Of a stretch of 64,000 nt of DNA, positions 1-13,628 are shown piece by piece. Each line of letters opens with the position of its first letter. The stretch's first letter is position 1. The notes under the pieces were generated by a model that saw only the letters and a program-made list of their open reading frames with translations, did not search any database and was not told the origin of the DNA. Source of the DNA: Eledone cirrhosa (taxonomy: Eukaryota); NCBI GenBank assembly GCA_964016885.1, contig OZ024740.1, positions 437,100,001-437,164,000 of the forward strand, written 5' to 3'. Both the position numbers and the translations under genes were made by a program.

Positions 1-1841
1 TAAGTTGTTCCAAACAATGATGCCATACCAGCGGCAAATGTCTTCAATTTCGGAAACTCAACATCAGGTAAGAAGCGGTAAAATTCAACAAGTTTTCCTT
101 CTCTGTGCTTCTCTTTCAACAAGTCATTTGCTTGCAAATCAATGAGCTCCAACTGTAGTTCAACTGGCACATCATCAGGTTACAATGAGACGGATTCTAG
201 AACAGAAGAATATCACTCTCAATTCTGTCGAGATCTGAAAATCTCTCCAAAAAATGCTTCTTCAAGTCACGAATAATCTTTTTAGGAAAATCGAGGTTGA
301 CATCTTCAGCAATTGTAACGCAAAACTCTTTGAAACAGTGAAAATGAGAGAAGTTTTCTCCTTCCAGTTGTGTTTCAAACAATGACAGCTTTCTCCGAAA
401 TCCTTTGATGATTCTGTAGAGATCACAGACGAGGTTATCCTTTCCCTGAAGTTTCAAGCTCAGTTCATTCATGTGGGATGTGATGTCGACCAAAAATGAC
501 AACTTTGACAGCCAGGTAGGATCTAACAGCTGTGGATCAGCTCTATCTTTTTCAGTGATAAAAACATCTATTTCGTTTCGGAGCTTTTAAAAACGAAAGA
601 TGACTTTACCGCAGCTGAGCCACCTCACTGCTGTGTGATAAGGCAAGTCACAGAAATCAGAATCAATTTCTTCAAGAAAAGCCTGGAACTGACGGTGATT
701 GAGTACATGTCTCCGAATGAAGTTCACAGCAGAAACGACTGGTTTCAGTACACAAGAAATATCCAAGTCTTTCCCACAGAGTGCTTGCTGGTGTATGATG
801 CAGTGTATGAACAGAGCGCCCGGAATTTTCAAATCTTCCAACTGAGTCCTGATCTGCCCGACCAGACCCTTCCTCACTCCAGCCATGTTTTTTCCTCCAT
901 CAACTGTAACACCTCGAAGCTGATTCCACTGAAGGTAGGATCTGACAGCTGTGGATCAGCTCTATCTTTTTCAGTGAGAAAAACATCTATTTCGTTTCGG
1001 AGCTTGTAAAAACGAAACAGGACTTTACCGTAGCTGAGCCACCTCACTTGCTGTGTGATAAGGCAAGTCACAGAAATCAGAATCAATTTCTTCAAGAAAA
1101 GCCTGGAACTGACGGTGATTGAGTGCATGCCCTCGAATGAAGTTCACAGCAAAGTTTTCTGCACTTCCATGAAAATGTCTTTTCCAGTTATTGTTCCATG
1201 CATGCAGCAAATGGATGCCAACTCTTCCGTTATCTGAAAGTCCAAATTGACACCACGAATGAACACGAGAAGTTGTGACGTACTCGAGAGATCAGTAGAC
1301 TCATCCAGCGCCAGAGAATACCACAACAAGTTCCTAGCTTTCTCGCGTATCTGTAGCACTATGTTCTCTCCAAGTTCTTCTGTTCTCCGCACAACTGAAC
1401 TTGCCGAAAGGCTGATACTTCCAAACAAATCGGCTTTCTCAGGACACAAGTCTTGCTGCTTCCATCATACACTCTTTGATGAAGTTGCCATCAGTAAACG
1501 GTTTTCCTCGCTCTGCCAACTTATGCACTATTTTGTAACTTGTACGAGTGACAGATTCATTTTCAGCAAACTTTCTCGTGAAAAGATTTCTTTGAGTTTC
1601 TAAACCACGTTTCATTGACTCATATTTCTCAGAGCGTAACTTTCCAGAAAACTTTGAATATGTTGATAGATGTTTTGTTTCATAGTGACGCCGAAGATTG
1701 TACTTTCAAAACGGCAACACTTTCGCTGCATACCACGCAACTAGCTTTCTGGTCCTTTGTTTCCACAAAGAAGTACTTTACTCCCCATTCTTCATTGAAA
1801 ACGCGACACTCGGCGTCCACTTTTCTTTTCTTAGTAGCCAT
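1..1841 (-). pseudogene. Frameshifted hAT transposase
   Basis: ATG at 1841 (MATKKRKVDAECRVFNEEW...CVVC, BED-like zinc finger). Motifs SLALDESTD, IHCIIHQQALC, VRWLS, FLVDITSHMNELSLKLQG are spread over several frames. Confidence 0.9.
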
Positions 1842-1988
1842 AATAAAGGGTGAAGAAAACGGGATCTGAAAATGAAAAAGACATTGAATTAGAAACATCT
1901 CGTGTTCCATCCGTTTTATCACGCAAATGCAAGTACCGTGGGCGGGCCTGATGAACTGACGTCGCGGGCCGTAGTTTGGTGACCGCTG
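1..1988 (-). mobile_element. Decayed hAT DNA transposon (SPIN/Charlie/GTF2IRD2-like), running off the left edge
   Basis: Minus-strand terminus CAGCGGTCACCAAACTACGGCCCGCG begins at 1988 (Charlie-type TIR), flanked by the TSD-like 8-mer ctttaaac (1989-1996). Transposase fragments lie downstream. Confidence 0.9.
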
Positions 1989-2050
1989 CTTTAAACAAAC
2001 AAAACACACTGAGAGGCACTCCTAAATTTTAAGGTTCATTTATTCCAAAC

Positions 2051-2292
2051 CGGTCGCTCTCCGACAGGCTTGCGGTCGTACGCTTGGCAGTGGAGACTTC
2101 TGGTGTCCTCGGCTCTAGGGCTACCTCCCTACTCACCACTATAGGCGATGAGCTGGCCAGCCGCAGGTGTGAGCCCTCGCGAGTTGGAATGGCTTTTCCA
2201 GCGCGTCTCCCTTGCCGTCCTCCGGGGAAACACCCCCTCTATTTTGTCCGCCGGGGGCTGTGGGGAGGCCACCAATATGATTGACTGACTTA
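2051..2292 (+). mobile_element. 3' fragment of a CRE-like (RLE) non-LTR retrotransposon
   Basis: Encodes LAVETSGVLGSRATSLLTTIGDEL...FQRVSLAVLRGN (frameshifted), a typical CRE C-terminus. Homologous to 32000-32322. Confidence 0.7.
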
Positions 2293-2631
2293 TCATCTTA
2301 TCATGTACATCCGTGGTGGTTCTCTATATGTCTCTAACTTCCAACTTAAGATTACATGTTCAATATACACATACATACACTCGATGTATAGATTCATATA
2401 TATCTATATACACAATCTGTGCATGACTGTATATTTCTGATTCTGTCTTTCTCTATGGTATTCATTGGTGAGGTCTTCAAAAATGGCCAGGTGTCTACAA
2501 TCACACACACACACTCATATATATATACAAATATATATATATACACACATTTTTTTTTTCACGGTTCAATTATGGTAAGCAGACAAAAAGGAAATTCTTT
2601 AAGTTGACAAATCCTATATATATATATATAT

Positions 2632-2807
2632 AATTGTTTCTACTTTTCGCACAAAGCCAGCACATTACTGGTACTTTATTTTATCGACCACGTAAGGAGG
2701 AAAGGCAAAGTTAACCTCGGCGGGATTTGAACTCAGACTGTAAAGGGACGTAACTATGATGGAAAGCATGGAGTCCGACTCTCTACCGATACTGCCAATC
2801 GACCGCC
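2632..2807 (-). mobile_element. tRNA-derived SINE (Meta-like central domain)
   Basis: Minus strand has B-box GAGTTCAAATCC followed by GAGGTTAACTTTGCCTTTCCTCCTTACGTGGTCGATAAAATAAAGTACCAG. Related copies occur at ~16.3, 30.4 and 33.6 kb. Confidence 0.75.
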
Positions 2808-2871
2808 CTGGAACACTGGTGTGTTATATCCATAGTAGTAGAGCACTCAGTCCTTGGGACGAGTTTGGTAG

Positions 2872-2987
2872 AAGTGGTTACACAACAGTTCACCATACCG
2901 AGAACAAATGTTTCACCGAGCTAAGGATCCGAATCAGGTGAAACATTTGTTCACGGTATGGTGAACTAACTGTTGTGTAACTACTTA
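2872..2987. repeat. Short inverted repeat (~45-bp arms) with a degenerate hammerhead at 2915-2957 (+)
   Basis: aagtggttacacaacagttcaccataccgagaacaaatgtttcacc versus ggtgaaacatttgttcacggtatggtgaactaactgttgtgtaactactt. The core reads CUAAGGA...GAAA cauuu GUU. Confidence 0.75.
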
Positions 2988-3194
2988 TATATATATATAT
3001 AGAGAGAGAGATAATTTAATATATCTACTAACATAAGCGCACAGATGTACGCTAATGCCAGCAAATACACAGGTTATGTCATAGTACCTAGGTGGTTCAA
3101 TGCAGGAGAATGCAGAACAATAATATATAAGACGTAAAATAAGAAAATTTCTTTAAAAAAATTTTTCTAAAAAATTAACTTACTTAAATTTTCA

Positions 3195-3274
3195 CTCCAA
3201 CTAATTAGTTTCTGCAATGGGATAAAGACAGTTACGTAATGAACTGTTGAGAATTTCATTGCGTCATCAGGGAG
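3195..3274 (-). ncRNA. Type I hammerhead ribozyme motif
   Basis: CUCC-CUGAUGA-c GCAAUG...CAUUGC a-GAA-ACUAAUUAGU-U-GGAG, with a palindromic stem III and a GUU cleavage triplet. Confidence 0.75.
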
Positions 3275-3748
3275 GTCATTCTCAGCCGAGTCTCCAGGCG
3301 ATGCGCGGACACTGGGGACTCATAAAAATAATAATAATTCGGCAACTGGAACAGCTATCGAGGACTGGATTCCAGCCACTGAAAATTCTCACTGCCACTG
3401 ATCATATGGCCGATTCTAAAGAATCAATCACGTGACACAGAGGCTAGTCAGTAGGAATGGGATGGTAAGATGACAGACGCCTACTAACACCCCCCAAAAA
3501 AATTTAGAAGTGGTTTTGGCAGGTTTGCTCGACAAATCAGTGATTTGGAGATAAATATAGATAATTTAATATATCTACTAACATAAGCGCACAGATGTAC
3601 GCTAATGCCAGCAAATACACAGGTTATGTCATAGTACCTAGGTGGTTCAATGCAGGAGAATGCAGAACAATAATATATAAGACGTAAAATAAGAAAATTT
3701 CTTTAAAAAAATTTTTCTAAAAAATTAACTTACTTACTTAAATTTTCA

Positions 3749-3828
3749 CTCCAACTAATTAGTTTCTGCAATGGGATAAAGACAGTTACGTAATGAACTG
3801 TTGAGAATTTCATTGCGTCATCAGGGAT
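3749..3828 (-). ncRNA. Type I hammerhead ribozyme motif (second tandem copy)
   Basis: Same as 3195-3274 with one stem I substitution. Confidence 0.7.
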
Positions 3829-4312
3829 GTCATTCTCAGCCGAGTCTTCAGGCGATGCGCGGACACTGGGGACTCATAAAAATAATAATAATTCGGCAAC
3901 TGGAACAGCTATCGAGGACTGGATTCCAGCCACTGAAAATTCTCACTGCCACTGATCATATGGCCGATTCTAAAGAATCAATCACGTGACACAGAGGCTA
4001 GTCAGTAGGAATGGGATGGTAAGATGACAGACGCCTACTAACACCCCCAATATATATATATATAGAACGAAGGAGTTGTGGTAAGGAACCAGATGGACCA
4101 TAACGCACCAGAGTACTCAATACTTAGGGTAGTTGAAATCGCCCACCGGTGGGCGATATCGCCCAGGTTGGGAAACCCTGAACTATATCATATATATATA
4201 TATCATCACAAATATATATATATATCATATATATATCGTCATAAATATATATATATATCATATATATATCGTCATAAATATATATATATCATGATATATA
4301 TATCATCATACA

Positions 4313-4586
4313 AGGGTAAAGGGTAAAGACCCCCCTTCGATCAAGAATGGCCATGGAATTTGCACCTAGAAAACTCCCCTCCGAGGCGCAGTCGCCCATG
4401 CATGCCAGTCTCCCCTCGCCATGCCACGAATGTTGTCCAAGGGAAAAACAATGATTGATACAGCTTGGCACCTATGACGTCACAACTCAATTCTACAGCT
4501 GAGTGAACTGGAGCAACGTGAAATAAAGTATATTGCTCAAGAACACAACGCAAAGCCCGGTCCGAGAATTGAACTCACAACCTCCC
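4313..4586 (-). mobile_element. tRNA-derived CORE-like SINE with RTE/BovB-like tail
   Basis: Minus strand has B-box GAGTTCAATTCTC, core TTGTGTTCTTGAGCAATATACTTTATTTCACGTTGCTCCAG and 3' end CTTTACCCTTTACCC. Related to 34043-34320. Confidence 0.7.
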
Positions 4587-4963
4587 AGTTGTAATCATTT
4601 GTATCACCATGTTTATATATATATTAGACAATTTATTTGTTATTATAATTGTTATATTTCTTTTTTATTATTAATGGAAAGATTGTTATTCTATTTTTTG
4701 TACGCCTGCACGCATACATACACACTGACACACATACACATTATATATATATATATAATATATATACACACATTATATATCTACACATATTTTGTCTTCG
4801 TGGGATTTTTTGTGGTCTTTTTTTTTTCGATTGTTAATTGAAATATTATATACTGTATATAATATAATATATATACATATATATATATATACACACTCAC
4901 ACACATATGTATATATTTATATATATATTAGTTTAGACAAGTTGATAACACAACCATAATATG

Positions 4964-5054
<91 letters not shown>

Positions 5055-5062
<8 letters not shown>

Positions 5063-5623
5063 ATACTTTGGGAGGGTCATGTTGCCAATAAGAAACACAC
5101 GCACCAGTAGTTTCACTTCAATTTATTATAATATATTTATAAATTTAGGAATTTATATATTTCCGGTTGGTTGGTTGGTTCCATAATCAGATGGTTGATT
5201 ATATATTGTCAAAGTTCTTTCGTCACACATTCTGTGACCTCTTCAGTGACTGGGGATTCTTTTCTTTGTTTTTGTGCCTCTCCTTTGTTCTGTCCTACGC
5301 CATTTGCGCCAACAAAATGGCGTAGGACAGAACAAAGGAGAGGCACAAAAACAAAGAAAATAATCCCCAGTCACTGAAGAGGTCACAGAATGTGTGACGA
5401 AAGAACTTTGACAATATATAAACAACCATCTGATTATGGAACCAACCAACCAACCAACCGGAAATTTATAAATCCTAAATTTATAAATTTATTATAATAA
5501 ATTGAAGTGAAAGCAACTGGTGCGTGTGTTTCTTATTGGCAACATGACCCTCCCAAAGTATAACAATATCGGTTTCAACACACGTTTTCAGATAAAGAAT
5601 CTTGCTAAACAAATTCAGAAACG

Positions 5624-5625
<2 letters not shown>
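5055..5625. repeat. ~250-bp-arm palindrome (spacer 5306-5314) embedded in (TA)n; probable inverted PLE pLTR pair
   Basis: 5055-5305 is the reverse complement of 5315-5569 with few differences. The right arm has a ~55-bp extension. Each arm carries a hammerhead. Confidence 0.9.
5370..5412 (+). ncRNA. Minimal hammerhead ribozyme motif (mirror copy 5208-5250 on -)
   Basis: GUCA-CUGAAGA-g GUCACA gaaug UGUGAC-GAA-AGaaCU-U-UGAC. Confidence 0.65.
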
Positions 5626-7210
<1,585 letters not shown>

Positions 7211-7371
7211 TCAACTTCTCTCTATGTATCCGTATCTCCTTTATGTTCAGTTTACCCAACTAGTGACTATAAAATCAGTTTAACTATCACTCACTCCTAT
7301 CTTCTAATTACTCGCCGTCTCTTTAATATAGGTAGAAGTTATTACATTTTCTATGTAGAAGGAATGTAAAG

Positions 7372-7417
7372 GTTTACTGAGCAGTTTCCTGCACCTGTAG
7401 ACATCATCAGAGTAAAC
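7372..7417 (-). ncRNA. Minimal hammerhead ribozyme motif
   Basis: GUUUACU-CUGAUGA-uguc...ugcag-GAA-AcugcU-C-AGUAAAC. Stem I is 7 bp; stems II and III are imperfect. Confidence 0.5.
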
Positions 7418-7840
7418 GGGCTGTTATATTTGTATTATGAAAACCCTCGTAACAAAGAAAGCAGTACTTTCTTTGAATGTTCTACATTCTATAGCTATTG
7501 AAATATAGTGCACTAAACAAACTGTTATCAAACACAAATATACTAATTACATCCATTGAGAAGCTACATATATTATTAACTGAAAGGAGGTACATTGGAG
7601 AATAACTGGGGAAAACTTCTGACAATACACCTGAGAAATAGTTGATACGTGTACTGTGTCAACCTTAACAACGTGGCAACATAGGAGCAGCTACATGGTC
7701 GCTGACTTGCTAGAAATAGTAGCTAAATCTAGAGGTATAATTAGAGTATGGCAAATTCCATGGGTGCCACATGAACTAGGAGCACTTTCTATTACAGAGC
7801 ATCCATTACAGTTTTTGGATTGGTGGGGGCGGAGCTTAAG

Positions 7841-7903
<63 letters not shown>

Positions 7904-8160
7904 TATATATATACACATATATATATATGCTGTACATGTGTATTATTATTGGTCTGTTCGGACGTCTTTTTGCTCGCTCCCTGTAAGTCGCTTTATTTAC
8001 CTGTTATAATTAGTTGGTGTTTAATTTTTCTTGTTGTGTAAGGGATATAAGCCCTTGGTCTTTGCCCTGTGAAGGGGAAAGTATAATATTTGGGCCTTTT
8101 GGCCCAAATATGTGAACAATATTTGAACATTTTACTTTAGAAAAATAAAAAAATAAAAAC

Positions 8161-10106
8161 ATGGCTGAGCCACGCCCCCAGCAATATGTCTGCTGTCGTG
8201 TGACAACGGAGTAAAAGTTGAGAGGAGGGTTACAAAAATTGATACAACAAACACCACCACAAACAACGTGAACAAAGACAACACTGAGATCACTAATTTT
8301 AAAAGAATTACCACACCAACTACAACAATAACAGCGACAACCACAATACAGACAACAGAAAAAAATGCCAACACTAAAAATATGAGTAATAGCAATGGCA
8401 ATTATTTAGATTTGTCACATACAAACATGGATTTCCCGCCATTACCAACGTCTACAGGTGTTAAAGCCGCCATCTCCTCCACCACAATGTCAAAAAGAAC
8501 AACCAACAACACTGATACCACCACCACCACAGCAACAAATGAAACAAAAAATAAATTATTTTCTCGAGATATCAAAATGTATTCTCCGAAAATCGACTCT
8601 TCCACGCCGAACGCCACTGACACCACCACTACCACAACTAAAACTAAAAATAATATTAACAAAAATAACAATAACAACAACAACAACATCAACACCAGCG
8701 CAAAACCAAATGTGTCGTTTGCTAAAGCGGCAAACAAAAATGAAACGGTTGAGGTAAGCCAGGAAGAATTGAATGAAGCCAAGCGAAGCCAGCTAATACC
8801 ATGGAGCATCGGCGCCTATGCACCCTGTCATATTGGACGATAGATATTAAAACGCGCCGAGTGGAGCGGGAATCCGAGTCCCAGATACAAAAAGCTTTGG
8901 GGCATGTGTGGGCTCAAAAAACCCACATCAGACGTGGGTAAAAATATGGAACCATGAACGTGTTCTTTGGAACCCCACAGGAAGCCAGAAAGCACTCCAT
9001 GGCCCCATTAAAAAATGACGAGTTCACACTCGTCCCAAGCTATTTTGGTCAGAGGCTGGTGAGAATCAAGGTGACCCAGGTTCCGCCGGCCATTAAAATT
9101 CCCTGGCTAATGGCTGCCGTCCTCGCCGACATCGAGGCCGACACTAAAGTAATTGAGGGGATAAAAGTAAAGCAGGAGAACTGGTCCGGATCTGGGATGG
9201 AACTCCTGATCCAAGCGGACAAAAAAACATACAGGAAATTCCAGAGGTGATAGACCTCAATGACGGCAGCCACCACACCGTAATCGTTGAGGGTAGAAGG
9301 CCTAGGTGTGTCGTTTGTGGCGAAGGAACCCACCTAAAGGCTTTCTGTCCTCAGGCTAAAAAGTTGAGGCCACCTCTCCTACCCACCCCAGTGACTCAAC
9401 GATCAAAACCAGCAGCAGAAATGGCAGCAACAACAGAAGCAACTGTAGCAACAACAACCCCAGCAACAGTAGCAAAACCAACACCACCCACCGCGCCAGA
9501 ACTAGCACCAGCGCCTCCACCATCCACTACGCCACAACCAAAACCAACGCCTGTGGAGGATTTTCCGCTCCCCGACCCATCGCAACTGGAGACAGATTGT
9601 GACGATGAGGAGGAGTGGGAAATGGTATCAGGAAAAAAAGCAGAAAAAAAAGAAACCAAAAAAGAAAAGATCCTCTTCCTTCGACCTCCAAAAACAAAAT
9701 GCAGGGCGAAACAAACAAACTAACAAAAAAAGTTAAGACAGCTATGTCACCACTCACACTAGCATCACCAGCCCCATCACCACAAACACCAACACCATCA
9801 CCATCATTAACCCCAACACCACCATCACCAACACCACAAAGGTCACCAACAAGCGAAATAGAAACAAACCCACAACAAACGCAAACAAAACAAAACAACC
9901 AGAACGATACACACTACACAGCATTAAATTTGAACGACAACCAATTATTACACTACATCCAACACAACACCAGCATCACAAAAATTCACACCACCCCCGC
10001 ACATACAAATCACTCGCATCACACAGAAAACGTACACGACACTAAAATTAAAATTCCTCAAGGACATCGGAGACTTCCGACAAACACTCTCAAGGAGGAT
10101 TTATAA
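8161..10106 (+). pseudogene. LINE ORF1 (gag-like), frameshifted
   Basis: Consecutive ORF fragments 8268-8843, 8954-9250 and 9247-9723 include CVVCGEGTHLKAFC (CX2CX4HX4C), with T/N-rich and P/T-rich low-complexity flanks. Confidence 0.7.
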
Positions 10107-10217
10107 AGACATCGTTCCGGAGGGGGCCACAAACAGTGAGAAGGACGGAAAAACCATCCTACCCCCACAAGAAGTGAGGTAAGTGGTCTTTCCCATCTTT
10201 TTCCACTCCTTTTCAAC

Positions 10218-13200
10218 ATGACCTTACTCAGAATAGGCAGCATATACGCGCGTGGTCTGGGGTCGTCTTGGAAGCAAGGCCACCTGCTCAACGACCTCAG
10301 GTCACTAAACATAGATGTGGTGGCCATCAGCGAGACCAGAATCTCCGAAGCACGAACCTTCGCACCGATCTTCGGCGGCTACGATGTATACGCATCTCCC
10401 AGCCGTCCAGGATCGGAGGGAGGAGTTGCTGTGCTTTTTCGGAGAGGCTTGAATCTCGCCATACGGGCCATCTTCCTGGACCCAGAAGGTAAGTCGGTGG
10501 TGCTGGACGTGGCCGGCAACGAAGGCAATGCTTTCAGGCTATTAGCCGTCTACGCACCAACAGGGCAGGACGGCCAAATTACTTCAGACGTCTAGAGACC
10601 ATTCTTGGAACGTCCCGCTCTTTAGTGTTAGTGGGTGACTGGAACGGTATCTTAGAGGCACGCTGGGATTATGTTGGGCTAGTAGACAGGGCAGGAGGGT
10701 GTAAAAGCCTCAACAACCTGCTCAGATGTTTTGAACTGTCTGACAGGTATAGACTGGATTATCCGAATGTGCTAATGTGGACATGGGTAAACCACATCGG
10801 GTCATCCTGATCGAATTTAGATACGGTATTCTGTAAGGAAACAGATAAGGCTAGTGTAGGTTGTCCACAATTTAAAGTAGTCGACTACACGGACCACAAA
10901 TTTGTGATCTGTGAAGTTGGCTTAGATAGACTCCATAGGCAAGGGCCCGGCTACTGGAAGCTGAAAGCGTCGTTCCCGGCGCGCAAAGCTTACAGAGACC
11001 AGATTAGTGAATTAGTTAAGCGTGCGTTGACGGGTGCGATCGTCAACAGCAGGTGGTGGTTTACCCTGAAAAGGGCTATTAGAGTAGAATCGATAAGGTT
11101 TAGCAAAGGAGTAGTGATAGAGGAAAATAGAGTAGAGGGAGAGTTAGTTAGAAAGCTAGAAGAGGCGTTTAGGACAGGCATCGCAATCGACGTGCTTGCG
11201 GCGAGATTGGCACTTGACCAATTCTTCAACGCAAAGCATGAAGGCTGCGTTGTCAGAGCTAGAGCGCGTGCTCTAAGACACGAAGGGACGAAAGCTGTTC
11301 AATGGGCCTGGGTGATGGAGGCGCAACGTGGTAACGAGTCCACAATTCGGTCTTTGCCTGATCAAAACGGGCGCATGCTGCTCGAACCCGAGCAGATGTG
11401 TGCGGCTTTTCAACAGCACTTTGCTCAATTGTTCGGGAGCGGCGGCGGACCGGATCGGAGCATGGACTTCGGTGCATCCCCCGATGGACTGCCGCGGTTC
11501 TCGACGACCGCAGCGTAGTGCAGTGAATAGCCGATACCAGCAGGGGAAATACGGGAAGCGATGTCTGACTGTACGAGGGGTAAATCGCCAGGTTTGGATG
11601 GTCTGTCCTACGAGCTTTATGCGTATATGCCAGACTTGTTCGGCGACCTCTTGGCAGATGTCTACTGCAACTGGCAGCAGAACGGGAGCATTTCCAGTTT
11701 TGTGAGCCGGGGAGCGGTGGCGCTGCTGAGAAAAGACCCGAACAAGGGGACGTTATAGACAACTTCAGGCCCTTAAACTGTGCTAAACGCAGGGTTTAAG
11801 ATTTTGGCCAAGGTGTTAGCAAAGAGATTGGTGCTTGCCGTCGATGATCTGGTGGGAGAGGCGCAGATATGCGCCATTCCGGACTGATCCATCCACGACA
11901 ACCTCCATCTCATGCGATATATCATAGAGAGGGTGGTTAAGGAACCTGGCACGGGTGGGACCCTGATCAACTTGGATCAATCTAAAGCGTTTGATAGGGT
12001 CGACCATCGGTACCTGGTTGCGGTCCTCGAGGCGGCCGGCTTCAGGCTCGTTTTTAGGGGCTAGATCGCTGCTATGCACAGCGACATCTGCTAGATTGTG
12101 AGGGTGAATGGTCACCTGTCGCAGCCTTTCAGCTTCATGCGCTCGGTCCACCAGGGTTGCCCCTTCTCGTCCCTCTTGTACGTACTGGCCCTAGAGCTGT
12201 TACTGCATAAATTGGAGACGATGATCCCACGCGAACTGGGATGCGGGAGATCCGTGTCAGCTTACGCCAACGACGTTACCGTGGTGGTGTCGAGCACCAA
12301 ACACGTCCAGTTGCTCGGCACCGCTCTCAAGGAATACGAAGCGCTGACAGGAGCAAAGATAAACCAGGAAAAGTCGATGGGCTTGCAACTCGGCACCTGG
12401 AGAGGCAAGTCCATGCCGTCCGAGAGCGTTGTGGGGCGCTGGACGGAAGGATCGATTGAATTGCTCGGGGTCTGGTTCGGTTCGGACCTAAAGATGGAGA
12501 AAAACTGGAGCGAGGTGACGAGCAGGGTGGCCTCTCTCACCCAGAAATGGGTCGAAGGAGGCTGTCTCTGAAAGGTCGGGCGGAGGTGGCGAATGCGTAC
12601 ATAGCGGCCGTCATCTGTTACCGCCTGACCGTCGTACCTTGCCCCCACCCAACTCTGACCAGAATGGAGCGCCTTCTCTTCCGCTTTTTGTGGAAGGGAC
12701 GTGCTTCCATGGTCAGACGATCCATTTGCTGTCAACACCTGTTGCATGGAGGACTAGGCATGCCATGGCTGATGATGCGCAAACATGCGCTGAGGCTGCG
12801 ACATCTCTGGTGCTTCCTTGACGGTGAACAGATGTAGTCACCGTTTGCCAGACGCGCTTTTCCCCAGCTCATCTCCTTGACGGAGCTGCAGTCCTGGATC
12901 ATGAAAAGACCGAGGGATAGCCCTTGGAAGCTGGAATGTCTCCAAGCGCTCACCGCCCTCTACCAGCTGGGCACTAGTATCGGTGGAACATCCACCTCGG
13001 CATTCTACAGAGGGCTAGTGGAGGGAAAGAGCGACGGCGTTCTCGGGGAGACCCTGGGCGTCGAAGACGATCAGCTGTTCGCTCTCTTCAAGAGAACTTT
13101 CAGACCGGTGTCTATGGACAACTTCTAGAAATCCCTGGCCTGGCAGTGCTACCGGGGAGCATTGCCGGTTCGGGATAAGCTCTACAGGCACGGAGGTGTT

Positions 13201-13628
13201 GTCAGCCGAGCCTGTCTGAGATGCGCGCAGGGCGACGAAACCGTGCTGCACGCACTCGTTCAGTGCCCGAGGATTGCTGACTTGTGGTGCTATGTCGAAC
13301 AGCTGCTGTCATGTGTAGGACGGATCCGGTTACCGACTAAGTCCATTGTGCAGATAGCCCCGCCATCCTCCTTTAAAGAGGAGGAAGGACAGGCAGTTTT
13401 CATCTGCCTGGTGGCCATGGCGAAAGAGATTGTGTGGTGGACAAGGTTGAAAGGGTTGGAGACGTACACTTTCCTCTTCAGCCAATCCCTGATTAAATTT
13501 TTCAAGTTTCACTTGAAGAGGAAAATTAGGGTGGGCAAGTGCTGTCTTCTAGTAAGTTTATTGAAAGGTGGGTGAAAATGGCGAGTCTGGTCCGAGTGAA
13601 CGGGCCCGCTCTGAGTATGCGCCTGTAG
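10218..13628 (+). pseudogene. LINE ORF2 (APE endonuclease + reverse transcriptase + C-terminal zinc finger), many stops and frameshifts
   Basis: APE: ARGL, DVVAISET, LVGDWN, TDHKFV, GPGYWKL. RT: KSPGLDGL, NFRPL, DQSKAFDRVDH, SVHQGCP, AYANDV (YADD mutated). Zinc finger: CLRCAQGDETVLHALVQC. Confidence 0.92.

Larger units (their letters stand above)
3008..4051 (-). repeat. Direct tandem duplication (period 550-554 bp), probably PLE pLTR-like or retrozyme-like, flanked by (TA)n
   Basis: 3008-3497 and 3558-4051 are nearly identical (near-identical spurious ORFs at 3247 and 3801). Each copy carries a hammerhead. Confidence 0.9.

Noticed and set aside
4138-4180. Palindrome atcgcccaccggtgggcgat and hAT-like end ggttgggaaaccctg
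   Set aside because: No partner TIR or TSD was found and it is too short to call.
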